In this document: positions 17,943-26,282 of the stretch, piece after piece
Layout: the number at the start of each line of letters is the position of its first letter
Numbering within the stretch: the first letter of the stretch is position 1
Position numbers and translations under genes: made by a program
Assembly: GCA_964482515.1 (NCBI GenBank)
Contig: CAYZXT010000009.1
Span: 16,251-80,250, forward strand
Source of the DNA: an uncultured Elusimicrobia bacterium
Lineage (GTDB): Bacteria > Elusimicrobiota > Elusimicrobia > FEN-1173
Direction: 5' to 3'
Length of the DNA: 64,000 nucleotides
The notes under the pieces: model-generated
The model's input: the letters and a program-made list of their open reading frames with translations, nothing else
Told to the model about the DNA's origin: nothing
Databases searched by the model: none

Positions 17943-18011
17943 TGACCCCGTTGGCCCGTTTCTTTGGTTACTTTCTTTCGGGCACGCGAAAGAAAGTGAC
18001 ATAATGTCCGC

Positions 18012-18983
18012 ATGCCACCCCCGTGGAAACCGATATTACTTGTCGGGCTATGCCTGATATCCACCGGCGCGGCGCATCCCTGGTCCCGCGCCGGGCATGA
18101 AGCCTCCGCCCTCATCGCCGAAGGCCGCCTCGACCCCGCCACCCAAGCCAAAATCCGCGCGCTCCTCGGGCCCGGCGTCGGGCTGGACGACATCGCCCTC
18201 TGTTCCGACGCCATCAAGCGCCGCTCCGTGAACTGCGCCGGCGCCTTCTTCGTCAAGCGCGCGCCCCACACCAAGGCCTGGCATTACATCGACATCCCCA
18301 TTTCCGACGAACCCGCCGCCGGCGGCCTGCAGCAGTATTGCCCCAACGACGATTGCGTGACGGACCGCATCGCCGACCAAACCAAGGTCCTCAAAGACCC
18401 CGCCGCCCCGCGGCTGGAGAAGCAGGTCGCGCTCATGCACCTGGTCCATTTCGTGGGCGACCTGCACCAGCCGCTGCACTGCGCCGACGACAGGGACGCC
18501 GGCGGCAACGGCAAGAAGGTCTGGTTCATGGCGGGTCCCCGCGCCCGGAAGCCCGCCACCCTCCACCAGCTCTGGGACAACATGGTGGAGAAGGATTCCG
18601 TGCACGACAGGCTGGACGTCCGCGGCCTGGCCCGGTCCCTGGACGGCGCGATCACGGAGGAGGAAGCCGCGGCCTGGGCCAGGGGCTCCACCCACCAATG
18701 GACGATCGAAAGCCACCGCATCGCCCGGAACACGATCTATCCGCAGTACGCGCGGGACAAGGGGAAGGATTTGGGCAAGGACTACCAGGACGCCATGCGC
18801 CCCATCGCCCATGAACAGGTTCAAAAGGCCGGCGTCCGGCTGGCGGTGCTGCTGGACAAGACCCTGGCCGGCGTCACGGTGGAAGACCTCACCCGCGAAG
18901 CCCCGAAGCGGAAGGCGACGCCCGTTCCCACCGGACAAAAACCGCCCAAAGGCGGCGGCCCCATCCCCCTGCCGGGAAGATAG
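18012..18983 (+). CDS. Secreted S1/P1-family nuclease
   Basis: Signal peptide, then WSRAGHEASALIAE...WHYIDIPI...C...ALMHLVHFVGDLHQPLHCADDRDAGGNGKKV...LHQLWD, which are the Zn-ligand motifs of S1/P1 nucleases. Confidence 0.75.
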   Translation: MPPPWKPILLVGLCLISTGAAHPWSRAGHEASALIAEGRLDPATQAKIRALLGPGVGLDDIALCSDAIKRRSVNCAGAFFVKRAPHTKAWHYIDIPISDEPAAGGLQQYCPNDDCVTDRIADQTKVLKDPAAPRLEKQVALMHLVHFVGDLHQPLHCADDRDAGGNGKKVWFMAGPRARKPATLHQLWDNMVEKDSVHDRLDVRGLARSLDGAITEEEAAAWARGSTHQWTIESHRIARNTIYPQYARDKGKDLGKDYQDAMRPIAHEQVQKAGVRLAVLLDKTLAGVTVEDLTREAPKRKATPVPTGQKPPKGGGPIPLPGR

Positions 18984-19004
18984 GTTTTTGATGTCATTCC
19001 GGCG

Positions 19005-19026
19005 CCTTGCCGCTAGGCATGGTCCC
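19005..19026. repeat. Right copy of the direct repeat flanking the YhcG/S1-P1 pair
   Basis: See 16717-16739. Confidence 0.6.
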
Positions 19027-19190
19027 TCTTTGTAAGAAGGGGGGTAGGGTGAGGGTGGGCATTTATCGTGGCACAGCCCGGCCAAATTTCCTAATATGGC
19101 GAAGTGGTTTTCAGACGGAAACAGCGAGGGCGTCTTGAGGGAATCATGGGGCGCGTGAGGTTTGTTTTGGGAAATGATTAGGAGGATTGT

Positions 19191-21977
19191 TTGCCTTTAA
19201 GTTGGAATGAGATTCGTCATCGAGCTATTGGATTTTCACGCGAATGGGCAACGGCTGTGCGTGAAAGATCGGAATCCCAAACTTTTTGGAATGAATTTTT
19301 CCTGGTCTTTGGCTTCCCGCGGAAGAAAGTCGCCCTCTTTGAGGAACCAGTAAAGAAGTTGTCTGGGGAATATGGGTATATCGATCTCATCTGGCCGGGA
19401 ACGTTGTTGGTTGAACATAAGAGTTTCGGTCAAGACTTAAGCAAGGCTGAGTCTCAAGCTTTCCGCTATGCCAGGAGTTTGAACCAAGAGGATTCTCCCC
19501 GCTACATCATCGTTTCGGATTTCGCCCGCATCTCTCTCCACGATTTGGAAGAGGACAAAAGTATTACCTTTCCACTGACTGACTTTCATAAACACATCCA
19601 CGACTTCGCATTTATGTCCGGGTATCAGCAGCATACCTTTCAAGATCAAGATCCTATCAATATCGAAGCCGTCGAAATCATGGGTAAACTCCATGATGTT
19701 CTTGGGGACGGTGGCTACAGCGGCCATAAACTGGAGCGGTTTCTAGTCCGCATTCTTTTTTGCCTCTTCGCAGAGGATACGGGTATTTTCGAACGTGAGG
19801 AATTTCACTTCTTTATACGGAACAGCACCTCCGAGGATGGCTCAGATTTAGGGAACCATCTTGCCCGACTGTTTGACGTCCTAAACACACCAAAAGAAAA
19901 ACGCCAAAAGAACCTCGATGAATCCCTTGCAGATTTACCTTATGTAAATGGGGAACTGTTCGCGGAGAACCTTGGTTTCGCGGACTTCAATAGCGATATG
20001 CGCAATGCGCTTTTGGCCTGCACGCGGTTTGATTGGTCCAAGATATCTCCAGCCATCTTCGGCTCTCTATTCCAAGCGGTAATGGAACCGAAAGAGCGCC
20101 GCCAAATCGGAGCACACTATACCAGCGAGAGGGATATATTGAAAGTTGTTCGGAGTCTATTTCTTGATGATCTCCGCGTAGAATTTGAGGGTATCAAGAG
20201 ATCCACTGGTCAAAGTCGTAAATCTGGATTGAAACGCTTCCATGAAAAAATCTGCGCTTTACGTTTTCTTGATCCGGCCTGTGGTTGCGGTAATTTTCTT
20301 GTTATTACCTACCGTGAACTCCGTGAATTGGAATTGGAAACATTACGGGAGTTGCATCTTACAGGCACCGGTGAGGCAAAAGGATTCCAGCAGGAATTAA
20401 CGCTTGAGGAAGTAAACAGACTATCACTTGTTGATGTGGACCAACTATACGGCATTGAATTGAAGGAATGGCCCGTAAGAATCGCCGAAGTGGCTCTTTG
20501 GTTAATGGATCATCAAATGAACATCAAGGTTTCCGAGACCTTCGGCCAATTGTATCAAAGGCTTCCTCTGAAGAAACGTCCCAACATCGTGCAAGGTAAC
20601 GCTTTACGAATGGATTGGAAAGAAGTCATTCCCCCAGAGAAATGCAGTTACATCCTTGGGAACCCGCCATTTGTGGGGGCCATGTATATGGAGCCAGAGC
20701 AACGGCACGATATGCTGCTTGCAGCGAATAATTTAAATGGTGTTGGTGTTTTGGATTATGTTTCGGCATGGTATTTTGTCGCTTCGGGCTATGTAACGGG
20801 GACAAAAATAAGAGTTGGTTTTGTTTCAACCAACTCGATTACACAAGGCGAGCAGGCGGGAATTTTATGGTCTGAACTGTTTAATCGGGGAGTGAAGATT
20901 CATTTTGCACATCGGCCATTCGCCTGGGATAGTGAGGCCAGAGGAAAGGCTCATGTTCACGTTGTGATAATAGGATTTGGTGTTTTCGACATCCCGGCAA
21001 AAATAATATTTGATTATGATGCTAATCCCGGGAAACCAATCTTGTCGCAGGTTCGTAATATTAATCCTTATTTAGTTGAGGGCATGGACATTTGCATTCG
21101 TAATCGAAGTGAGCCGATTTGTAATGTTCCCAAAATGGCTTGGGGAAGCCAGCCTCGGGATGGGGGAAATTTCCTGATGAGTTCCGAGGGAAAAAAGGAT
21201 CTATTACGTAAGGAACCTGCTGCAATAAAATGGATTAGACCATTCATGGGGGCTGAAGAGTTTTTAAATGGCGTAGAACGATGGTGCCTTTGGTTGGTGG
21301 GTATTCAGCCGCAAGAACTTAACAGCCTTGTTGAAGTCAAAAATAGAGTTGAAGGTGTAAAGCAAATGCGTCTTTCTAGTAAAGCGGAAGCGACCCGAAA
21401 AAAAGCGAGCACACCAACATTATTTGCCCAAATTGCACAGCCAAACTCTGATTATCTTCTGGTCCCATTGGTAAGTTCTGAACGCCGTTCAATTATTCCA
21501 TTTGGCTTCATGTCCAAAGAGGTTATTGCCAGCAATCTTTGTTGCATAGTTTCGGATGCTACGCCATATCATTTCGGAATACTCTCATCGTCTATGCATA
21601 TGGCCTGGGTTCGTCAGATTTGTGGTAGGCTCGAATCTCGTTACAGGTATTCAAAGGATATCGTCTACAACAATTACCCTTGGCCGCAAAATCCGACGGA
21701 CAAACAGAAAGTCGCGGTGGAAGAGGCGGCGCAAAACGTCTTGGACGTCCGAAAGGAATATTCAAAATCCACGTTGGCCGATCTTTACGATCCACTGTCC
21801 ATGCCGCCGAAGCTTGTCAAGGCTCACGCGAACTTAGACCGGGTTGTTGACCTTTGCTATCGCAAGGAATCGTTCACCAGCGAACGCCAGCGCGTGGAAT
21901 ATCTTTTCAATTTATATGAGCGATTGACCGAACCGTTGGTTGCTATGTCTAGTCGGAAAAAGCGAACCAAGACTTAG
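19191..21977 (+). CDS. MmeI-family Type IIL (IIG) restriction-modification enzyme, single-chain (endonuclease, N6-adenine methyltransferase and specificity)
   Basis: 928 aa, about MmeI size. N-terminal YIDLIWPGTLLVEHKS (D...ExK nuclease motif, as in MmeI IDLFWKGKLLVEMKS). Methyltransferase motif I FLDPACGCGNFL and motif IV LGNPPFVG. TTG start with a taGGAGGa SD. The region is clearly more AT-rich than its surroundings. Confidence 0.75.
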   Translation: MPLSWNEIRHRAIGFSREWATAVRERSESQTFWNEFFLVFGFPRKKVALFEEPVKKLSGEYGYIDLIWPGTLLVEHKSFGQDLSKAESQAFRYARSLNQEDSPRYIIVSDFARISLHDLEEDKSITFPLTDFHKHIHDFAFMSGYQQHTFQDQDPINIEAVEIMGKLHDVLGDGGYSGHKLERFLVRILFCLFAEDTGIFEREEFHFFIRNSTSEDGSDLGNHLARLFDVLNTPKEKRQKNLDESLADLPYVNGELFAENLGFADFNSDMRNALLACTRFDWSKISPAIFGSLFQAVMEPKERRQIGAHYTSERDILKVVRSLFLDDLRVEFEGIKRSTGQSRKSGLKRFHEKICALRFLDPACGCGNFLVITYRELRELELETLRELHLTGTGEAKGFQQELTLEEVNRLSLVDVDQLYGIELKEWPVRIAEVALWLMDHQMNIKVSETFGQLYQRLPLKKRPNIVQGNALRMDWKEVIPPEKCSYILGNPPFVGAMYMEPEQRHDMLLAANNLNGVGVLDYVSAWYFVASGYVTGTKIRVGFVSTNSITQGEQAGILWSELFNRGVKIHFAHRPFAWDSEARGKAHVHVVIIGFGVFDIPAKIIFDYDANPGKPILSQVRNINPYLVEGMDICIRNRSEPICNVPKMAWGSQPRDGGNFLMSSEGKKDLLRKEPAAIKWIRPFMGAEEFLNGVERWCLWLVGIQPQELNSLVEVKNRVEGVKQMRLSSKAEATRKKASTPTLFAQIAQPNSDYLLVPLVSSERRSIIPFGFMSKEVIASNLCCIVSDATPYHFGILSSSMHMAWVRQICGRLESRYRYSKDIVYNNYPWPQNPTDKQKVAVEEAAQNVLDVRKEYSKSTLADLYDPLSMPPKLVKAHANLDRVVDLCYRKESFTSERQRVEYLFNLYERLTEPLVAMSSRKKRTKT

Positions 21978-22007
21978 ATCAAAAAGGTGTTTTTATGAAA
22001 AAGAAAC

Positions 22008-22036
22008 CGGTACCGGAGTTGACAGATTGACAATCA
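22008..22036. repeat. Copy 2 of the TTGACA-containing element (ccggtaccggagttgacagattgacaatc)
   Basis: Sits immediately after the MmeI-like stop codon. See 1721-1746. Confidence 0.6.
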
Positions 22037-22077
22037 GGTTCAGTACTAGATTTGATTTGTTGAAGGAGCCCCCGCAA

Positions 22078-22212
22078 TGAAAACCAAAAAGCCCCTCTGC
22101 CAAGCCATCAACACGAAAGGGAAGAAGTGCATTGTCCCTGCCGTGCCCGGCAGCAAATTCTCACCTTCCTACAGACAGGTGCCACGGCTAGCGCCGACGG
22201 GTTTCCGACATA
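22078..22212 (+). CDS. Hypothetical 44-aa basic peptide (MKTKKPLCQAINTKGKKCIVPAV...)
   Basis: Short ORF not in the track. It contains a copy of the 21-bp repeat acaggtgccacggctagcgcc also found inside 23199..24242. Coding status is uncertain. Confidence 0.2.
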
Positions 22213-22369
22213 AGAAGAAATAACTGTCCTTTTCTCCCGTTATTCCCAGCCCGTTTCCCTAAAACTTCAGATTAAATCCCGCTAAGCTCCAGATTCTTCC
22301 TCTATGATGAGGTGAGATATGGTTCTTGATGGTCGTTCACATATATGTTAACCTTGAGGAGATGGCGGC

Positions 22370-22792
22370 GTGAGCACTCATTCTGAGAAGCGGAATTGCG
22401 TGCTTTATTCCGGCCGGTTCTATTCGGCCGAATGGTATTACAGGGAGGACGGCGGGATGCCGGCTCTCGAATATTATCGGGAACTCCCTATCCATGATCG
22501 AGTGCGGCTATTACAGATCATTAAGCACCTGTGCGACGCTCCCTACGGGACAATCCTTCCCGTGACGCTTTACAGGATCGAAGATCGGGAAAACAAGATT
22601 TACGCGTTTAAGCCGAGGGACGAGCGATTCTTCAGTTTTACGATGGAGGGCGCAAGGGTCATCGTTACGAACGCTTACCGCAAGCATTCACAACAGATGA
22701 CCAAGGCGGATCTGGAGTCCTTGAAAACAGCTGTTCGCTATCGGAACGATTATTTGAGGCGCCTGAAAGAGGGGACATATTATGAAGGCTAA
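22370..22792 (+). CDS. Gp49-like (HigB/RelE superfamily) type II toxin
   Basis: GTG start with a GAGGAG SD. WYYREDGGMPALEYYRELPIHDRVRLLQIIKHL... and C-terminal ARVIVTNAYRKHSQQMTKADLESLKTAV fit the phage Gp49/HigB-type toxin pattern (W.V.YY...; IVLLH.F.KK.QKTP..EI). Confidence 0.6.
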   Translation: MSTHSEKRNCVLYSGRFYSAEWYYREDGGMPALEYYRELPIHDRVRLLQIIKHLCDAPYGTILPVTLYRIEDRENKIYAFKPRDERFFSFTMEGARVIVTNAYRKHSQQMTKADLESLKTAVRYRNDYLRRLKEGTYYEG

Positions 22793-23132
22793 AAAGAAAA
22801 TCAAAAAGGCAAAGAGCACCTTTGATCGGGAAATGGAAAACCCGGAATTCAGGAATCTTTTCGAGGAATCTTGGCCCGCCTTCCAAGTGGAAGTCCAGCT
22901 GCTGAAAGCCTTGGAAGGCAAGCAATGGTCCTATTCCGACCTCGCGAAGGTATTGCACACGCAGAAGAGCGCCATTTCGCGCGACCTGAAAGGCGGCGGC
23001 ATTCGGTCTGCTTCCATCACGCGGATCGCGAAGATGGCGGAAGCCCTGGGAATGAGATTTATCCCGTTCTGCGTCTCCGAGAAGAAGGCGAGGGAAATTC
23101 TTCCCGCTATCAAGAAACTCCTGGCCGCGTAA
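22782..23132 (+). CDS. HTH (XRE-like) antitoxin partner
   Basis: Overlaps the toxin gene by 11 nt. WSYSDLAKVLHTQKSAISRDLKGGGIRSASITRIAKMAEALGMRF is an HTH motif. Confidence 0.6.
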   Translation: MKAKKKIKKAKSTFDREMENPEFRNLFEESWPAFQVEVQLLKALEGKQWSYSDLAKVLHTQKSAISRDLKGGGIRSASITRIAKMAEALGMRFIPFCVSEKKAREILPAIKKLLAA

Positions 23133-23140
23133 TAGGGATT

Positions 23141-23170
23141 CGTGCCGGAGTTGACACGTTGACAATCGAC
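23141..23170. repeat. Copy 3 of the TTGACA-containing element (cgtgccggagttgacacgttgacaatcgacc)
   Basis: Lies between the antitoxin stop and the DUF1016-SNase start. It could also act as a -35 region. Confidence 0.6.
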
Positions 23171-23198
23171 CAGCCTATTCTTTAAGTACAATACCTCC

Positions 23199-24242
23199 AT
23201 GCCGAAAGAATCCATCCCCTCGGTCGCCCATCCCGCCTACGCCAAGCTCCGTTCCGCCGTCCACAAAACCCTCCTCCTCGGTCAGAAACAAATCGAACAA
23301 GCCAAAGTCCGTACCTACTACGAAACCGGAAAACACATCCAAGAACATATCGCCCGCTACGGTTCGCGCTCCGAGCATTACGGCGCTCAAGTGGTGGAGA
23401 AGCTTTCGGTTGATTTGGGGATTAGCACCCGGGTCTTGCGGCAGTGTGTGCAGTTCGCCCGGAACTTCAAGATTGTGAACGCGCGTTCACAATCTTTGCC
23501 GGCCCAATTGCCTTGGACGCATTACCGTCAACTGATGACCATTCCGGATGAGGACGCGCGGATTTCCCTGATGAAAAGGGCCGAGAAGTCCGAATGGAGC
23601 GAACGCCAGCTGGCGGAGAAGATCCGCCTTGAGGTGCGAGAAGCAAAGTCCCCGTCAACCAACGGCGGGCATAGTTCAATGGTAGAAAAGAAGTATCCCA
23701 AGCTCATTCCCAAGCGCGGCGAGCTTTACACGTACCGCCTCATTGCGCCGGAAGCGGTTGATGGCGAAGCGGGTCTGTGGATTGATTTGGGTTTCCAGGT
23801 GCGGCGCACCTTTCCACAAACAGGTGCCATGGCTAGCGCCAAGGGCGGACAGATCGTGGAATCCAAAAAGACGGGGGAAATCTATTCCGCGGTCCCGTCC
23901 AAGCGGACGGAGGCGGACTTGTTCACCTTCCAGGCGCCGGTGGAGCGGGTGGTGGACGGCGACACGCTGATCGTGAACGTCGACCTGGGGTTCGACACGG
24001 GCGTGCGGCAATACCTGCGGTTGCGCGGCATCAATTGCCCGGAGCTGGACACGCCGGAGGGCAAGCGGGCCAAGGCCTTCGTGGAAAAGGAATTGGGGAA
24101 AGCGCGGCGGATCATCCTGACGAGCTCCCGGTCCGACAAGTACGACCGCTACCTGGCGGACGTGTTTATTGAGTCCACCAACGGCGAACGATATCTGAAC
24201 CAGGCGCTGCTGGACGAAGGCCTCGCGGTCCGGATGGAATAG
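23199..24242 (+). CDS. Fusion nuclease: DUF1016 (YhcG N-terminal) domain plus staphylococcal-nuclease-like (SNase/thermonuclease) domain
   Basis: The N-terminal VRTYYETGKHIQEHI...GAQVVEKLSVDLGIS...LRQCVQFARNF...LPWTHYRQLMTIPDEDAR...WSERQL resembles the YhcG N-domain. The C-terminal VERVVDGDTLIVNVDLGFDTGVRQYLRLRGINCPELDTPEGKRAKAFVEKELGKARRIILTS...DKYDRYLADVFIE...NQALLDEGLA resembles SNase. There is an internal partial duplication: AVDGEAGLWIDLGFQVRRTF resembles VVDGDTLIVNVDLGFDTGVRQY. Confidence 0.7.
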   Translation: MPKESIPSVAHPAYAKLRSAVHKTLLLGQKQIEQAKVRTYYETGKHIQEHIARYGSRSEHYGAQVVEKLSVDLGISTRVLRQCVQFARNFKIVNARSQSLPAQLPWTHYRQLMTIPDEDARISLMKRAEKSEWSERQLAEKIRLEVREAKSPSTNGGHSSMVEKKYPKLIPKRGELYTYRLIAPEAVDGEAGLWIDLGFQVRRTFPQTGAMASAKGGQIVESKKTGEIYSAVPSKRTEADLFTFQAPVERVVDGDTLIVNVDLGFDTGVRQYLRLRGINCPELDTPEGKRAKAFVEKELGKARRIILTSSRSDKYDRYLADVFIESTNGERYLNQALLDEGLAVRME

Positions 24243-24305
24243 CCCTCCCAATCTTCATCCCTCCTTCAGTCGTTCTTCAGACTTAAAAAGTAATCTCTCC
24301 TCCAT
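24243..24305 (+). promoter_or_regulatory. Conserved ORF6N leader, copy B
   Basis: agccctcccaatcttcatccctccttcagtcgttcttcagacttaaaaagtaatctctcctcc, about 80% identical to copy C at 26283-26340. Confidence 0.5.
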
Positions 24306-24337
24306 GAATTGTGCATGATGAATGGGAGGACTAGAGG

Positions 24338-24354
24338 TGGTCGCAAATTGCGAC
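24338..24354. repeat. 17-bp palindrome ggtcgcaa-a-ttgcgacc upstream of ORF6N-2 (the same core as the intragenic palindrome of ORF6N-1)
   Basis: Exact match to 2036-2052. It sits ~35 bp upstream of the probable ORF6N-2 start. Confidence 0.7.
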
Positions 24355-24386
24355 CGCCTTCGACCACTCAAATTCTTGGAGGTTTT

Positions 24387-24914
24387 ATGCGAGCTGTAAT
24401 GAAAACCGAACACATTCAATCGATGATATTCCTGATTCGCGGGCGCAAGGTCATGTTGGACCGTGATTTGGCGGCGCTTTATGGCATTGCCACAAAGGTC
24501 CTTAAGCAGGCTGTTAAGCGGAATCATTTGCGATTCCCGGAGGATTTCATGTTTGAACTGTCTGCGGAAGAGCAGTCAAATTGGAGGTCACAATTTGTGA
24601 CCTCCAATTCTTCCCTGAATAAGGGACTCCGGTGGCGTTCAATGGCATTCACTGAGTATGGTGTGGCCATGCTTTCCGGCGTTCTGAAAAGTGAAAGGGC
24701 CGTTCAGGTTAATATCGCCATCGTTCGGGCATTTATCGACATGCGGCGGATGATTTCGGAAACACGAGGGTTGGCGGAGAAATTGGCGGAGCATGAGAAA
24801 AAGATCGGGGGACTGGCGAACGATGTCCGGCATATGTTCGACCTGCTACAGCCGTTGCTGGATGGACCCACTAAAAAACCCGGGAAGATCGGGTTCGGAA
24901 TGCGACAGATTTAG
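24387..24914 (+). CDS. ORF6N-domain protein (full length)
   Basis: MKTEHIQSMIFLIRGRKVMLDRDLAALYGIATKVLKQAVKRNHLRFPEDFMFELSAEEQSNWRSQFVTSNSS...[35 protein letters not shown]. The track ORF starts at 24309; the start was chosen at the ATG four nt after GGAGG. Confidence 0.7.
   Translation: MRAVMKTEHIQSMIFLIRGRKVMLDRDLAALYGIATKVLKQAVKRNHLRFPEDFMFELSAEEQSNWRSQFVTSNSSLNKGLRWRSMAFTEYGVAMLSGVLKSERAVQVNIAIVRAFIDMRRMISETRGLAEKLAEHEKKIGGLANDVRHMFDLLQPLLDGPTKKPGKIGFGMRQI
24579..24609. repeat. 31-bp perfect palindrome inside ORF6N-2 (aattggaggtcacaa-t-ttgtgacctccaatt)
   Basis: 15-bp arms. It sits at the position homologous to the ORF6N-1 palindrome, encoding NWRSQFVTSNS. The core ggtcAcaa/ttgTgacc differs from the ggtcGcaa/ttgCgacc of ORF6N-1 by a compensatory base-pair change. 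Confidence 0.8.
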
Positions 24915-25570
24915 CGGGCGATGAGGGCGTTGTACGCCCGGATGGCGGCGTAGGCGTCGTTGGCGGCGTAGAGGAGTTGCAGTTCGCTGAGGATCGGGAG
25001 CCCCCAGTTGGACGTGCCCTGCTTTTTGGATTTGAGGAAGCGTTGTTTGAAGAGCAGCGCGATGCCCACCTTGGAGCCCACGCCGCGGCCGAAGCCCTTT
25101 TCGGCGAAGAGCGTTTCGAGGTCCACCACGCCGTGGGGCTCGACGCGCAGTTTCTTGCGGATGCGCGACAGGTCGTCCCCCAGGCCGAAACCCACTTTTT
25201 TGAGGCTCTTAAAAGAGATGAGTTCGGCGGCGGCCTGGCGGCATTCCGGCTGGTTCAGCATGAACACGTAGCCGCGCGTGGCGGTGGCGAACTGGACGAC
25301 GTGGGGGCCGGTGGAGACCTGTCCTTTATGGAAGGTGGGTTTGGATTCGGTGTCGAAGCCCACCACGCTTTCGGCCGCGAGCTCCTTGAACGCCCGCTGC
25401 GCGAGGGCCGGCGTGTTCACCGCGAGGATGTCCCCGCGGCGCAGGGCGTGGAACGGCGGAAGGGCCGCCATTTCCTCGCGCGTGGGCCAGTGGGCCGGGC
25501 GCTGGCGGTTCGGGACGCGCGGCGGCGCGGAGGGTTTGAACAGTTTTTTGAGCCAGCGGCGGATGACCAA
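24911..25570 (-). CDS. 3'-5' exonuclease domain protein (RNase D / WRN-exo-like, DEDDy family)
   Basis: VVGFDTESKPTF...VVQFATATRGYVFML...KKVGFGLGDDLSRI...VVDLETL...SNWGLPILSELQLLYAANDAYAA carries the Exo I-III motifs. Confidence 0.65.
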   Translation of the reverse strand: MVIRRWLKKLFKPSAPPRVPNRQRPAHWPTREEMAALPPFHALRRGDILAVNTPALAQRAFKELAAESVVGFDTESKPTFHKGQVSTGPHVVQFATATRGYVFMLNQPECRQAAAELISFKSLKKVGFGLGDDLSRIRKKLRVEPHGVVDLETLFAEKGFGRGVGSKVGIALLFKQRFLKSKKQGTSNWGLPILSELQLLYAANDAYAAIRAYNALIAR

Positions 25571-25576
25571 GGGGGA

Positions 25577-26212
25577 TTACGGTTTCCGGAACAGCGAGGC
25601 GTCCACCGGGCCGGGGGTGAACTCGACGGCTTCCTCGGTCCGCCGGAAGACGGTGGTGTTGGCCTGGGAGGAGTGCAAAACGATTTCGGCCTTCAGGACC
25701 GCGCCCGTCTCGGCGTCCACCCAGGCGTCGACGCTGCGCACGGAGTCCGGCAATTTCACCTTGGCGTGGTAGCGCCGGGCCTTGCGGCCCGCCACTGTTT
25801 CGGTCTCGCCCGCCTCGCCGGTGTAGGCCTTCCGCCAGAAGCGGATCTCGTGGAGCTCCGCCTCCGTGGGTTTGTGGGAATACTCGGAGGGCTCCGTGGC
25901 GTGCGCGCCGTCGGGCGAAGGGGCGTAGACGATCTTTTCGAACAGGGTCTCGCCGTCGAAGAACCGCGTCACCTTGTATTCGGCGGGGGGCGCCATGAAG
26001 CGGTCCTCCCGCGCGTCGGCCTCGGTGCGGAAGCGCTTCCCGTCGGTGTGGATCCTGACGCGCTCCGCGGTTTTCGTGCCGGCCGTTTCGTTCTCCCGGA
26101 TGACCGTCCAGGTGCCGCTGAAGGGCGAGTCCTGGACGCGGCTGGGCGAGCATTTCTTGAGCAGGAAAGCGAAGGCGGCGACGGCGAGGACGGCCAGGAG
26201 CAGGTTCTTCAT
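25577..26212 (-). CDS. Secreted/lipoprotein hypothetical protein
   Basis: Signal MKNLLLAVLAVAAFAFLLKKCS. No recognisable catalytic motif. Confidence 0.4.
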   Translation of the reverse strand: MKNLLLAVLAVAAFAFLLKKCSPSRVQDSPFSGTWTVIRENETAGTKTAERVRIHTDGKRFRTEADAREDRFMAPPAEYKVTRFFDGETLFEKIVYAPSPDGAHATEPSEYSHKPTEAELHEIRFWRKAYTGEAGETETVAGRKARRYHAKVKLPDSVRSVDAWVDAETGAVLKAEIVLHSSQANTTVFRRTEEAVEFTPGPVDASLFRKP

Positions 26213-26282
26213 GGCCTGATTGTAAGAAACAACCGCCGCCGGTTCAAGGGCGGAGATTCACCCGACCCGCTTCCGAGGCCTT

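Noticed and set aside
17971-17996. Perfect 10-bp-stem hairpin between yhcG and the S1/P1 nuclease gene, as a terminator
   Set aside because: No U-run on either strand, so it is not a canonical intrinsic terminator. It is retained only as a note in the cassette finding.
23820-23840. NcoI (ccatgg) plus NheI (gctagc) sites adjacent in the 21-bp repeat: cloning-vector contamination?
   Set aside because: The other copy (22172-22196) reads ccacgg, with no NcoI site. The surrounding sequence is continuous native coding sequence in frame. It is most likely coincidence.
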